The notes beneath the pieces were generated by a model. It was not told the DNA's origin. It made no database searches and worked only from the letters and a program-made list of their open reading frames with translations. A program made the position numbers and the translations under genes. Shown piece by piece: positions 19,062-29,413 of a stretch of DNA of 64,000 bases. Positions within the stretch are counted from its first letter, which is position 1, and each line of letters starts with the position of its first letter. Source of the stretch: Alkalispirochaeta sp. Its GTDB lineage: Bacteria; Spirochaetota; Spirochaetia; DSM-27196; Alkalispirochaetaceae. Location of the stretch: the NCBI GenBank assembly GCA_965242725.1, contig CBDESZ010000016.1, positions 96,001 to 160,000 on the forward strand, written 5' to 3'.

Positions 19062-20213
19062 GTGCATGGTTTCAAGACATCCCCGTTTCTATTGATCGTC
19101 CTTCTGTTCGCCATTCTGATACCCGCGGAGGCTCAGGAAAAAAGATCGACCTCAGCCGTCTCCGTATCTACCCTTCGGGCACGGCTCCAGCCCGACCTGG
19201 AGGTGATACTGCCAACAGGCGAAGTCTCCCAGGCATCAAATTTTCTGCTTTCGCCGATCCTGCTCCACACCGAATTTGTCTTTCACACCCTGGAGAACCA
19301 GGTGATGGGCCTGGTAACGGTCTCACGGGCCGAGGGGGCGGTCATTCCCTACATTTCAGTAAGTGAACATGTCGATTTTGAGCGCGATATCGATCCCCGA
19401 CTGACAGACGGAAACGTCGAAATAACGCCGACGGAACGGCGGGTCGCCCGAACCAGAACGCTTGAGCCGGGCATAAGCTGGCGTCCGTTCCAGCCACTCA
19501 CCATCAAATTCGACGTGGCAATCGAGGACCGATACAGCGGAAATCTGGATGGAGACACCGAGGCGGTGCAGGATCTCGGGTTGACCCCGCAATTGGGAGT
19601 CACATTCGATCGTCTGCGCCCGCTGTCCGCCGCACGATCGCCCCTCATCGTCGGCGACTACTACCATCTCGGTGTTCACCAGCTTTTTGCCGAGAACTTC
19701 TCCCATCCCGTCGCATCAGGACTGCGGGCCACCTTCATCGGCGGGTACACCGTCACCCCCCATTTCCACGCCAGTCACCGTCTCTCCGTCCTTGTCCCGA
19801 TCCATATTCAGGACACCGAACGGTTCACGCCTCTCGCGCTGGGGGGGTACGACAACGTCCGCGGCTATACCGCCGGCGACGTTGCCGGAATCGGCGCACT
19901 TCTCAGCAGAAATACCTTTGCCTTCATACCCGTCCCCGACGGGGCGAATTCGTCCGGAGGATCCACAAAACAGAAACTTCGGATTCACAGTCTTCGCATG
20001 CTCCTCGCCCTTGATGGAGCACTCATGGACCAGAACATGGCGATAGATTCACAGTTCGACCTCTTTGGGAGTATCGGCCCGGGACTAGGCATGACCATCT
20101 CAACACGCCGGGGCCTGCACCTCGACGTCACCGCCCTCACCGCCTTTGCGGACTTCAACGCTCCCCCGGTTTTCTATATTCGCACCAGTCTGTATGTGTT
20201 TAACGGGAAGTAG
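19062..20213 (+). CDS. Omp85/BamA-TamA-like outer membrane beta-barrel without POTRA domains
   Basis: Signal peptide (AEA), amphipathic strands, loop-6-like 'LGGYDNVRGY'. Confidence 0.6.
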   Translation: MHGFKTSPFLLIVLLFAILIPAEAQEKRSTSAVSVSTLRARLQPDLEVILPTGEVSQASNFLLSPILLHTEFVFHTLENQVMGLVTVSRAEGAVIPYISVSEHVDFERDIDPRLTDGNVEITPTERRVARTRTLEPGISWRPFQPLTIKFDVAIEDRYSGNLDGDTEAVQDLGLTPQLGVTFDRLRPLSAARSPLIVGDYYHLGVHQLFAENFSHPVASGLRATFIGGYTVTPHFHASHRLSVLVPIHIQDTERFTPLALGGYDNVRGYTAGDVAGIGALLSRNTFAFIPVPDGANSSGGSTKQKLRIHSLRMLLALDGALMDQNMAIDSQFDLFGSIGPGLGMTISTRRGLHLDVTALTAFADFNAPPVFYIRTSLYVFNGK

Positions 20214-20235
20214 GAAATTGGCTTAGTAATCAGTT

Positions 20236-21264
20236 TCACCCTATTCCCGCAATCTCTCGAATGTTCCCGTTGTATATCCGTTCAAGCTCTTCAGACGACA
20301 GGCCCAGGCGGTCGATGACATCGATAGTCTTTTCTATATACATAGGGCCGCCTTCCGGATCAAAGGGACTGTCCGAGGCAAAAAGCACCCGATCCAATCC
20401 AAAGAAGTCCAACCCGCATTTCGTACCCGCTTCCGCACCGAACAGCGCCGTATCGGCGTAAAAGCGCCGGAAATACTCGATGGGGCGCTCAGGCATGGCC
20501 GCGACCAGGTCACCTAACTCGGTGCCCGGTGTACGCGCGCCGAGCTGATCATTTCCGTATCCAATCCTCCCTTCAAAGTAGGGAATCATGCCGCCCATGT
20601 GATGGGTGATAACTTTAAGACGCGGATGCTTCTCCATGATTCTCGAAAAGACGAGACGGGACATTGCGACACTAGTTTCATAAGGCCATCCGAGGGTCCA
20701 CCAGATTTCGTATTCGGAGCGCTCTTCCCCGACGTAATCACTGACCTGCGCCGTCCGTGCGGGATGGAGCCAAATCGGTCGATCCCGCTCTTCCATTTCC
20801 GCAAAGAGGGGGCGATACGTCGGATTGTCTATCGGTTTGCCTGCAATATTGGTATATATCTGAACGCCGCAACATCCGGGGTGTTTAAATACCCGTTCGA
20901 TTTCACGTATCACGGCGTCAAATGAATTCATCGGCAGTGAAGCCACCCATGCGGGAAAGCGATCGGGATGGCGCTCTTGCAACTCCGCCATGAGATCATT
21001 GGCCCGTCTCGCAACCTCCGGGGCCTGGTTCGGAGTAGTTATGTTTTCTATCGGCGGTGATGAGAGAATGAGGATTTGCTGGTATCCGGGAAAACCATCC
21101 ATCATCCTGAGCCGGGCTTCGAGGTCCCACAGAGCGGGAATGGTCAGCCACCGTTTTACTGCCCCTTTGTTCGGCACAATTTCTTTCAGCAGTTCAAAAT
21201 AAGGCTGTGGAAGAATGTGACTGTATGCATCGATCTTTGTGAAACTGTCTGATGTTGCATTCAT
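20236..21264 (-). CDS. Amidohydrolase_2 family (ACMSD-like decarboxylase/hydratase)
   Basis: 'IDAYSHILP', 'IWLHP', 'THHMGGMIPYF', 'FYADTA', 'FASDSPF'. Confidence 0.87.
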   Translation of the reverse strand: MNATSDSFTKIDAYSHILPQPYFELLKEIVPNKGAVKRWLTIPALWDLEARLRMMDGFPGYQQILILSSPPIENITTPNQAPEVARRANDLMAELQERHPDRFPAWVASLPMNSFDAVIREIERVFKHPGCCGVQIYTNIAGKPIDNPTYRPLFAEMEERDRPIWLHPARTAQVSDYVGEERSEYEIWWTLGWPYETSVAMSRLVFSRIMEKHPRLKVITHHMGGMIPYFEGRIGYGNDQLGARTPGTELGDLVAAMPERPIEYFRRFYADTALFGAEAGTKCGLDFFGLDRVLFASDSPFDPEGGPMYIEKTIDVIDRLGLSSEELERIYNGNIREIAGIG

Positions 21265-21266
21265 AT

Positions 21267-22079
21267 TTATTTCCTGCTCACTGAAGGGAGCCATCGGGTA
21301 ACCCGAAGTTCTACGATTCGGACAACCATTGAGGCGGCCCAGGCGACGATAATGATCACCAGCACCACTGCAAGAACTTCGGGAGCGTCAAAACGTCCGC
21401 CCGCTCTCGTAACAACTCGGCCGAGTCCGACTACGGCGATGAACATCTCGCCCATGATGGTCCCTTTTACCGCCCTGCTGACGCCGAGCCGCAATCCAGC
21501 CATGATCATCGGTGTAGCCGCCGGAAGGACCACCTTCCAAAGCGTCTGGAATCTGGTCGCGTTGTAGGACCGCGCCATTTCAATGAGGTTTCTCGGTACC
21601 ATCCGTACCCCGTCGGCGGTATTGAGAGTGATAATGAACACGGAATATATGACGATTACCCCGATGATCGATCCACTTCCCATTCCAAAGATGGAAAAGA
21701 AAATCGGCGCGAATACGAGCGGAGGCGCAGTCAGAAGGGCGTATACATAGCGATCAAGCGCCGCGTTAACGAGCGGAAACATTCCCATGAGCGTGCCCAC
21801 CGCAACGCCGGCTCCGGCGGAAATGCAGAAACCGATACCAAGGTTGACGACCGTCGTTATCAGATTACCGAAAATCTCGCCTCTTGCGGTCATCTCAAAC
21901 AATGCAACAATGACCGCTGAAAAGGGGGGAAGAAACGTAACGTTCCATACTCTTCCGATCAATTCCCACGCAGCGATGCCGGCCAGTAGTGAGAATGTCG
22001 AGACCGCGAAGTTATTCTGTCCTATCCGGAACAACAGGCGACGGCCCGTCGTGCCCTGGTCCATTGAGATACGGCTCAT
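21267..22079 (-). CDS. NitT/TauT ABC transporter permease
   Basis: EAA-like loop 'LIEMARSYNA...LPAATPMIMAGLRLG'. Confidence 0.9.
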   Translation of the reverse strand: MSRISMDQGTTGRRLLFRIGQNNFAVSTFSLLAGIAAWELIGRVWNVTFLPPFSAVIVALFEMTARGEIFGNLITTVVNLGIGFCISAGAGVAVGTLMGMFPLVNAALDRYVYALLTAPPLVFAPIFFSIFGMGSGSIIGVIVIYSVFIITLNTADGVRMVPRNLIEMARSYNATRFQTLWKVVLPAATPMIMAGLRLGVSRAVKGTIMGEMFIAVVGLGRVVTRAGGRFDAPEVLAVVLVIIIVAWAASMVVRIVELRVTRWLPSVSRK

Positions 22080-22870
22080 GGAGTGCCCACCCCGTTAACT
22101 TTATCAGGCTGATAATTACGGAGCTTTTCCCACAACTTCGTCGTAACATCGGCGATGGTGTGGCTGTTTGCGGCGTACTCCGTTGCATTTGCCCGGGGTC
22201 TGCCCAGAGGCACGTCCACCATTTCATCGATCTTGCCGGGTCGGGAAGTCATAACCATGACACGGTCGCCGAGAATGACCGCCTCTTCGATACTGTGAGT
22301 GATGAACACCACGGTGATACGCCGGTCTTCCCATATTCCAAGAAGTTCCTCCTGGAGGAGTCGCCGGGTCTGTTCATCAAGAGCACCGAAAGGTTCATCC
22401 ATGAGCAGTACCGTCGGTTTCACCGCCAGCGCCCGGGCAATTCCTACTCTCTGCTGCATTCCTCCGGAAAGAGCATTGGGCAGGTGGTCTTCAAACCCAT
22501 CGAGACCAACTAGATGGATGAGATCCCGTGCCGTGGCGATTCGCTCGGACTTTGACACGCCCCGGAGTTCAAGGCCAAAGGTGATATTATGCAAGACTGT
22601 TGCCCAGGGAAGGAGCGCGAAACTCTGGAAAACCATGGCTCGCTCCGGTCCCGGTCCGGTGATTGCGGTACCGTCAAGTGTGATTTCGCCTTCTTCCCAA
22701 TCTACGAGACCCGCAATACAGCGCAAAAGCGTTGTTTTCCCACACCCCGACGGTCCAAGAATGGTGACAAATTCATTGTCCTTCACCGTGAAATTGATGT
22801 CAGACAGCGCTTGAATCACACTTCCATCGGTACCGATAAACGCTTTTGATAGCCCGGAAACTTCGATCAT
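22076..22870 (-). CDS. NitT/TauT ABC transporter ATP-binding protein
   Basis: 'GPSGCGKTT', 'LSGGMQQRV', 'LMDEPFGALD'. Confidence 0.95.
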   Translation of the reverse strand: MIEVSGLSKAFIGTDGSVIQALSDINFTVKDNEFVTILGPSGCGKTTLLRCIAGLVDWEEGEITLDGTAITGPGPERAMVFQSFALLPWATVLHNITFGLELRGVSKSERIATARDLIHLVGLDGFEDHLPNALSGGMQQRVGIARALAVKPTVLLMDEPFGALDEQTRRLLQEELLGIWEDRRITVVFITHSIEEAVILGDRVMVMTSRPGKIDEMVDVPLGRPRANATEYAANSHTIADVTTKLWEKLRNYQPDKVNGVGTP

Positions 22871-23676
22871 GACGTTACTCCATCGTGTGCTGCCCAAGGT
22901 GTCAGTTTTTGTTCCAGCCGCCGGGCAAGTGAAATAAGTACTAGTGCTTCAAAGACAACGACGATAACGACGCCGTAGAGATGGCCGCTTCTGAAGGAAG
23001 CGCGGTAATTTAGTATGAGTCCCCCAACTCCCGCCGAAACCATGAGCAATTCGACAACGACCATACCGGTAATTGCCCGCCCAAGGCCAATTCTGATACC
23101 TGCCATGATAGACGGCATCGCGCCGGGGAGAAATATCCGTCGCCAGATCTCGCGTTCCGACGCACCGAATGAACGAGCCATTTCGATAAGATTGGAGTCC
23201 ACCTGACGCACACCGGTCTGGGTGTTGACGATCACCATTGGGAGTGAAAACAACACGACCAGGCTGACCCGGGACAGGAGACCCAACCCCACGGACATGA
23301 CCAGCAGAGGAATGACCGCTGCCATCGGTGTCGTCAGCATGATACTCACATACGGATCGGCAATTTTCTGCAATGTTTCAAAACGGCCCATCATCAGACC
23401 GATCGGGACACCGAAAACGACTGATACGGCAAATCCGATCGCCAGTGCCTGGTTGGATACGCCCAACTCCAGCCATAGTTCGAGACTCGTCAGGAGCTCC
23501 GCCAGGGCGAACATCGTTTCCGTAAATGTCGGAATCAAAAGTCCGCCCGATCGCTCCGCAAAAACCTGCCACGCAAAGGCAAATACCACAAAGGTGATCA
23601 CCCGGGCGATTGTTTTTTGTCGACGCGTTACCTTCCCGCGCCGTTGTATAACTCCGGTTGCTCCTGACTTTGCCAT
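22867..23676 (-). CDS. NitT/TauT ABC transporter permease
   Basis: 'LIEMARSFGAS...LPGAMPSIMAGIRIG'. Confidence 0.9.
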   Translation of the reverse strand: MAKSGATGVIQRRGKVTRRQKTIARVITFVVFAFAWQVFAERSGGLLIPTFTETMFALAELLTSLELWLELGVSNQALAIGFAVSVVFGVPIGLMMGRFETLQKIADPYVSIMLTTPMAAVIPLLVMSVGLGLLSRVSLVVLFSLPMVIVNTQTGVRQVDSNLIEMARSFGASEREIWRRIFLPGAMPSIMAGIRIGLGRAITGMVVVELLMVSAGVGGLILNYRASFRSGHLYGVVIVVVFEALVLISLARRLEQKLTPWAAHDGVTS

Positions 23677-23688
23677 GCCGTCCGTTCC

Positions 23689-24702
23689 CTATTGAGCCAA
23701 AGACGCTGCCGCCGCCCGGACGAGATCAAGGTTGGCGATTTCGTCTGGAGTCAGTCCCGGTTCAATGGTCCCGGCACCTTCAAAGAAATCAATGGTATAT
23801 GCGAGATTCTCTTCGGTCAGTGCATTTGCGTTGAAAAGTCCTGAATCGACGTACCGCTGGGCCATCCCCTGCCATTCGTCCACCGTTCCGCCGAGATAAT
23901 TTGCCGCAAGTTCCGCGAGGTACGATGCGTCGTCGTTTATGAGTGCGTGCTGCTGAAGCAGTGCCCTCAAGTATAGTTGTACCGATTCAGGCGATTCGTT
24001 TACAAAATCGGCATTTGCATATATGGCGGATGGCCGAAGTCGGGAAAGATCTTCCGAGAAGTTGGCGAGAACATTAAAATCTCCTTCTTCCTGTTCAAGG
24101 TTCAACACTTCGCCAACACCGAGGGCCGTCGCACCTATTTCACCGGCAACCAATGCCTGATAACGAATTTCCGAGCCACCCAGCACGAGGTAGTCCGGTT
24201 CGATTCCGCTGCAATTCTCATTGATCCAGCTTCGCACCATGGCGGTTGCCACCGCACCTTCGCTGAAAATCCCAACCCGCTCTCCGTCCAGGTCGGCGCA
24301 TCGGGTGATATCGCCTTGTGAAGTCAGGACCCATGCATTTCCGACGACATCACCGATAACAGTGATGGGTGCACCCCGTTGTATGGCAACCAGCGCTGCC
24401 GTGATCGTTTCTCCTGATATATCAAACTCCCTGCGAATGAGACCTTCAATTGCGAGTTCCGGTTCCGCTACTTCCACCCAATCGACATCATATCCTTCTT
24501 CCTGGAGGGACTCGACGGCGGCCAGAATCGGTACGGCAGCAATATCCGGCTCCACAACCGCCACGGTAAAACTCACAGCGCTCATATCCCCGCCGTCGCC
24601 GTCACTCTCGCTCCTGCCGGACGCGAAAAGGGGTGACGCGATCAGTATCGCCAAAGTCACCAGACCGACCAACAGTGAAATCCGTCGTGTTCGATTACTC
24701 AT
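23689..24702 (-). CDS. ABC substrate-binding protein (NMT1/SsuA-like)
   Basis: Signal peptide; 'DLDGERVGI', 'RYQALVAGEI'; operon position. Confidence 0.82.
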   Translation of the reverse strand: MSNRTRRISLLVGLVTLAILIASPLFASGRSESDGDGGDMSAVSFTVAVVEPDIAAVPILAAVESLQEEGYDVDWVEVAEPELAIEGLIRREFDISGETITAALVAIQRGAPITVIGDVVGNAWVLTSQGDITRCADLDGERVGIFSEGAVATAMVRSWINENCSGIEPDYLVLGGSEIRYQALVAGEIGATALGVGEVLNLEQEEGDFNVLANFSEDLSRLRPSAIYANADFVNESPESVQLYLRALLQQHALINDDASYLAELAANYLGGTVDEWQGMAQRYVDSGLFNANALTEENLAYTIDFFEGAGTIEPGLTPDEIANLDLVRAAAASLAQ

Positions 24703-24722
24703 AGTGCTCCTCCTTGAAAAAT

Positions 24723-24778
24723 ATAGAAAACGTTTTCTATGCTGTTTGTACCGTAACCCCCTTTTTCTGATCTGTCAA
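24723..24778 (-). promoter_or_regulatory. Sigma70 promoter with LacI-family operator
   Basis: Perfect palindrome ATAGAAAACGTTTTCTAT (24723-24740) just downstream of TTGACA-17-TACGGT. Confidence 0.8.
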
Positions 24779-24814
24779 ATTTTTTTCACGTGAATGTCAC
24801 CGGGAGGATCGTCA

Positions 24815-25852
24815 CTATATAAACAGGACGGATCCTCGTTCAATCAGACGCGGTTTCAGGAAAGGAGCACGTATCTGATCCTGTACCGAATCTTCGAGCG
24901 GCCGATCGTTTAATAGGCATTCCACGGCGTGGACTCCGGTTTCATAACGAAATGTATCGTAGGTTGTGAGCTGCGGCCGTACATATCGGCCTGCGACTGA
25001 GTTTCCTATTCCGACAATAGAAACGTCGTCCGGGACTCGTATACCTCGTTCTCCCAGCGTATGCATCGCACCCACGGCCATATTGTCGTTTCCAGCGCAC
25101 AGGGCGGTAAAAGAGCTCGTACGATTCAGCAATTGTTGACATGCCAGATCACCACCCTCCTCGCTGAAAGCACCGTAGGCGACTTCGGATTCGTCAAACG
25201 GCACCCCCCACTCTTCCATGGCGAGACGATACCCGCGAACATGTTCCTGACTGGTGATGACGTTGGAGGGTCCGGCAATAAACCCGATCTTTCGATGACC
25301 CGCTTTCAACAAATACTCGGTCATTCGTCTTCCCAGAGCACGGTGGTCGTAACTCAGACACGGTAATTCGATACCCTGCGGCGCTAGGGCAAGCACTTTG
25401 AGCCCCTCGGTATCCATTCGTTCGATCTGTCGCGACAGAATCTCCGTATATCGGGCGTCCGCAATACCACCGCCGGCAACAATGACGCCTCTCACGCGAT
25501 GCTGCCAAAGAAGCTCGTGATAGGCAAACTCCTTTTCCAGGCTGCGTCCTGTGTTGCATATGAAGGCAAGACACCCCTGTTCGAGGGAGCCTTCAGTCAC
25601 GCCCCGGGCAACCTGACCGAAAAAGGCAAACTGAATATCCCGGACTATCAGACCGATAACGTCGGTAGTCGCTCGTTTCAGGCTTTGGGCGGAACGGTTC
25701 GGCGCATATTTCAGCCGTTCCGCGGCATTGAGCACGCGATCGCGAAGTTCGGAAGACACCGGGTAATCGACATTATTCAGAACCCTGGAGACGGTGGTAA
25801 TCGAAACCCCTGCCTCCCTGGCAACGTCCCGTATCGATTGGCGTGGGGGCAA
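24815..25852 (-). CDS. LacI family transcriptional regulator
   Basis: 'SIRDVAREAGVSITTVSRVLN', 'GIRVPDDVSIVG', 'PQLTT'; TTG start after AGGAGG. Confidence 0.93.
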   Translation of the reverse strand: MPPRQSIRDVAREAGVSITTVSRVLNNVDYPVSSELRDRVLNAAERLKYAPNRSAQSLKRATTDVIGLIVRDIQFAFFGQVARGVTEGSLEQGCLAFICNTGRSLEKEFAYHELLWQHRVRGVIVAGGGIADARYTEILSRQIERMDTEGLKVLALAPQGIELPCLSYDHRALGRRMTEYLLKAGHRKIGFIAGPSNVITSQEHVRGYRLAMEEWGVPFDESEVAYGAFSEEGGDLACQQLLNRTSSFTALCAGNDNMAVGAMHTLGERGIRVPDDVSIVGIGNSVAGRYVRPQLTTYDTFRYETGVHAVECLLNDRPLEDSVQDQIRAPFLKPRLIERGSVLFI

Positions 25853-25878
25853 TATGGACCTCCTGATTATCGTTCTCA

Positions 25879-25896
25879 ACGGAAACCGTTTTCTAT
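25879..25896. promoter_or_regulatory. Second LacI operator copy (autoregulation)
   Basis: ACGGAAACCGTTTTCTAT matches the 24723 palindrome at 15/18. Confidence 0.65.
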
Positions 25897-26358
25897 AAGG
25901 ATAGAGAATGACCGTTCGCAACGCAAGTGTACGGATAACACCGTTCAATTAATCATTTGAAGAGTTGCCTTTCTAAAAATCCACAAGAATGAACTTTTGT
26001 ATACACGCCAACTTCATTGTGGAGACGTAGTCGAAACGTATCCCCGGAAATGCTATGGAACTGACCCCCGTAGATATTCACAAAATACCACTGTAGACAA
26101 GAGCCCGTTACCCATTCAGACATACAGAGAACCCGGAGATAGAAGTGTCGGAAAAGGGGGAAATCTGATCGCCTGTCATCTCGGTCGCGTCTACCATCGA
26201 TGCCGAGTATTAAATACCGTTCTTTCAGCAGGGCCGGCTCGTTGTTCACAAGACGGCCTATTTTCCCACAACGGTTATTACCCGGATTGAATGGGCGCAA
26301 AGTGTATTTTCGTCACATTGTTCGTTCTGTACTCGGGATATCTACAACTTCTGCAACA

Positions 26359-27465
26359 TCATTCCATACACTGCCCACTGGCCGGCGGCATACACAACAA
26401 TACCTCCAGAGGCTCCCTGCCGGTACTGATCCACTCCACAGGTGAACCGGAAAAAGGCAGAAAGAGCTCATCGGCACGGGAAATCTTCAGCTCACCCCCG
26501 TTACTGCGCAGAAGACCGGAGCCGGATACGACAACGGCTGTGAGGAAGGTTTCTTCCGGAGGTACAACGCACCGTTCGGTCACGACGAGACTGTCCATCG
26601 CGAAAAACGGCGTATCGGCGAGGGATATCAGAGCCCGACGACTATGTCCCTCCGTTTTCTCCAGGACCCGCGGCACTTTTCGCGCCCTCACCATGATTTC
26701 GTCGGGCGTATAACCGTCATAGTGGAAGCAGTCATACATTTTTTCGTACCCGATCCCCTGATGATAGACCTCTTCGGGATACGGTTCCGATCCATTTGTC
26801 ATCTTTTCGACGCGAAAGGTAATGTCCGTCGGTTCCTGTACTTCCGCAAGGAGACATCCCGATCCGATTGCATGGGGAGTTCCACTTTCCACAAGAAATA
26901 CGTCGCCCCGCTGTACAGGGATCCTGTGGAGAGCCGACTCCAGCCCGGGGATGTCCTGATCGGCGGCAAGTTGTTCCCATCGCTCCCGTGTGATACCCGG
27001 TTTGAATCCCAGGAGAATGTAGGGATCCTCGCCGTCAATGACTCTCGTATCGATGATGTACCACGCCTCTGTTTTTCCCCAGGGCGAACCGAAATACTCC
27101 CGCGCCTTTTCGCGGGTCGGATGGGTCTGAATGTTCAACCGCTTGTCGGAGTCTATCAGCTTGGTGAGAAAGCCGGGGTTTTCACCGAACTCCGCGACGT
27201 GGTTCGGTCCGAGGTGCCCTGCCGGATCGTCACTGATCACATCCCGCAAAAAGCGACCGTCGTGACGGCCCCCGTTGACGATGCTCAATCCCGTGTCGGG
27301 ATCCGGTGCGTAGCGGGAAGTCGTAGTCGAAGCGACCCACTCCTCCGGTTTATTGCCGTCTGCGGCGGGACGTACTCCCTGCCATTGGTCGAGCAGTTTC
27401 CCGCCCGTATAGGTTCTCACTACGCGATTGTGGTGCAGCTTCATTGGGTGTTCTTGGAACGACAT
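26359..27465 (-). CDS. Class I mannose-6-phosphate isomerase-like cupin
   Basis: 'KLIDSDKRLNIQTHP', 'GKTEAWY', 'GTPHAIG', 'EVQEPTDITFR'. Confidence 0.82.
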   Translation of the reverse strand: MSFQEHPMKLHHNRVVRTYTGGKLLDQWQGVRPAADGNKPEEWVASTTTSRYAPDPDTGLSIVNGGRHDGRFLRDVISDDPAGHLGPNHVAEFGENPGFLTKLIDSDKRLNIQTHPTREKAREYFGSPWGKTEAWYIIDTRVIDGEDPYILLGFKPGITRERWEQLAADQDIPGLESALHRIPVQRGDVFLVESGTPHAIGSGCLLAEVQEPTDITFRVEKMTNGSEPYPEEVYHQGIGYEKMYDCFHYDGYTPDEIMVRARKVPRVLEKTEGHSRRALISLADTPFFAMDSLVVTERCVVPPEETFLTAVVVSGSGLLRSNGGELKISRADELFLPFSGSPVEWISTGREPLEVLLCMPPASGQCME

Positions 27466-27496
27466 CGGTAGGTATCTCTCCTTGCTCTGATTCGGA

Positions 27497-28795
27497 TTAC
27501 ATGAATTGCGGTACGATGAGACGGGGAAGGAAGAGCACGATATCCGGAAACAATGCAAGCAGAATAAGAATTCCGAGCATCGGCAGCAGAATGATCGTGA
27601 CGTCTTTTAATACACTGTGTACCTGCTCCTCTCCGATTCGGGACGTAATGAGCAGACACAGACCGTACGGCGGCGTCACCAGCCCGAATGCGAGTGAGAC
27701 AATACCGATGATGGAGAAATGAATCGGATGGAGTCCCGCAGCCAGAGCGACGGGATACAGGATGCTCCCCATGATGATGATCGCCGGAATTGCGTCGATG
27801 AACATGCCGACCACGAGGAACACAAAGGCAATCACCAGGGTAATCCCCGCCGGCCCCACCGGAAGGCGTTCGACAAAGCCGACCAGCGCCCGCGGGATTT
27901 GATGATAGGCCATCAGCCAGCTGAAGACGGAAGCCGTTCCCACGCAGAACAGGGCGATACCCGTGAGCTTTGCGGTCTCGATCAGGGTGGCCACAATCTT
28001 CGCACCGGAGAGAGAGCGATTGGCAATCCCGACGGCGAGGGAGTAGAGAACTGCGATTGCCGACGCTTCGGTGGGCGTAAAGAAGCCGAAGGCGATACCC
28101 CCGATAATAATGACCGGCGTCATGAGACCGGGTATCGCGTCCAACGCGGCGACGAAGAACTCCTTCAGCGTTGCCCGCTCGTAAATCGGATAATTGTATT
28201 TTCTGGCATAGACATAGACGGTAACCATCATGGACAGCCCCAGGAGAATCCCCGGTACGATACCCGCGAGAAAGAGGGATCCAACGGAAATGGACATGGT
28301 ACCGCCCCAGATCAGCATAAGGATGCTTGGGGGTATAATGACGCCCATCACCGCGGAACACGCAGTGATGGCAATCGAAAACTTCCGATCGTATCCCTGA
28401 TCGATCATCGCGGGAATCAGCACCTTTCCTATGCCGGCGGCGTCTGCGTTGGATGATCCGGAAATACCGGCAAACAGCATTGAAACAAACACGTTGATAT
28501 GACCGAGACCGCCGGGGAAATGTCCCACCGTCACCCGTGAAAGATTGATCAGCTTCCGGGTAATACCGCTTTCATTCATCAGATTTGCCGCGAGGAGAAA
28601 AAACGGAACCGACAGCAACAAAAAGGAGTTATAGGAAATGTACGTCCTGTCGATGAGCGCAAAGAACGAAACGCTGTCGGTCAACAAAATGACCGGTACC
28701 GATGCGAGGCCGAGTGCAAATGCCACCGGTATTCTGAGAAATACCAGGACCAAAAAACCGCCAAAAAGTAATAACGCTATTCCCAAAGGGCCCAT
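27497..28795 (-). CDS. dctM: TRAP transporter large permease
   Basis: 'FAGISGSSNAD', 'IIPPSI', 'FTPTEA', 'GLVTPPYG'. Confidence 0.94.
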   Translation of the reverse strand: MGPLGIALLLFGGFLVLVFLRIPVAFALGLASVPVILLTDSVSFFALIDRTYISYNSFLLLSVPFFLLAANLMNESGITRKLINLSRVTVGHFPGGLGHINVFVSMLFAGISGSSNADAAGIGKVLIPAMIDQGYDRKFSIAITACSAVMGVIIPPSILMLIWGGTMSISVGSLFLAGIVPGILLGLSMMVTVYVYARKYNYPIYERATLKEFFVAALDAIPGLMTPVIIIGGIAFGFFTPTEASAIAVLYSLAVGIANRSLSGAKIVATLIETAKLTGIALFCVGTASVFSWLMAYHQIPRALVGFVERLPVGPAGITLVIAFVFLVVGMFIDAIPAIIIMGSILYPVALAAGLHPIHFSIIGIVSLAFGLVTPPYGLCLLITSRIGEEQVHSVLKDVTIILLPMLGILILLALFPDIVLFLPRLIVPQFM

Positions 28796-28798
28796 AGG

Positions 28799-29323
28799 TT
28801 ACCTCTCACTTTCCTGAAGTATCGTGGTGAACAACTGATCCAGAAGAAACAGGACACTTAAAAACCCGAAAAGGGGAATTGCCGCGCCAACCCAGAGCAT
28901 CGAAATCTGGGCGATGTCTGAAATGTCATAGAGGAGTACCATCGCGTAGCTGAAACCGCGATACATAAAAATCCACGCAATGGAACCCATCCCCAGGATC
29001 ACAAAGATGTTCCACGCCGTTCGCAGCGTGCGCGAGTGGGGATCCCGGAAAATGTTGACGACAAAATGGGTGGTTTCCTTCACGCCGACCGATGCTCCGA
29101 TAAAAATCAGCCAGATCAACAAAAAGCGGGATATCTCTTCCGTCCAGAGCATGTAGGGTAAGAATGGAATAAACCGTCCCATGACCTGCAATGAGACAAT
29201 CAACACCAATGCGGCGAGAAGTACCGTAATGATGAAAACAAGGGCGCGATGGAGGTGTCCCATCGCCTTTCGGTACAGGGTTACCGCAGAGAACCCCGCA
29301 GATTGCTTTTGTAACTGCTTCAC
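28799..29323 (-). CDS. dctQ: TRAP transporter small permease
   Basis: 'WTEEISRFLLIWLIFIGAS...HFVV'. Confidence 0.9.
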   Translation of the reverse strand: MKQLQKQSAGFSAVTLYRKAMGHLHRALVFIITVLLAALVLIVSLQVMGRFIPFLPYMLWTEEISRFLLIWLIFIGASVGVKETTHFVVNIFRDPHSRTLRTAWNIFVILGMGSIAWIFMYRGFSYAMVLLYDISDIAQISMLWVGAAIPLFGFLSVLFLLDQLFTTILQESER

Positions 29324-29358
29324 ACTAATTCTCTTTCCTCGTCCAGGGGCAGAACGAT

Positions 29359-29389
29359 GAACCGCACCCCCCGAGCGGCGGTGCGGTTC
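29359..29389. other. Intercistronic stem-loop after dctP
   Basis: GAACCGCACC / GGTGCGGTTC 10-bp inverted repeat. Confidence 0.6.
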
Positions 29390-29413
29390 CCTGCGCGTCA
29401 TGTATGACTGAGC

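Noticed and set aside
25953..26300. 115-aa minus-strand ORF and overlapping plus-strand ORFs
   Set aside because: No recognisable motif or RBS, atypical composition
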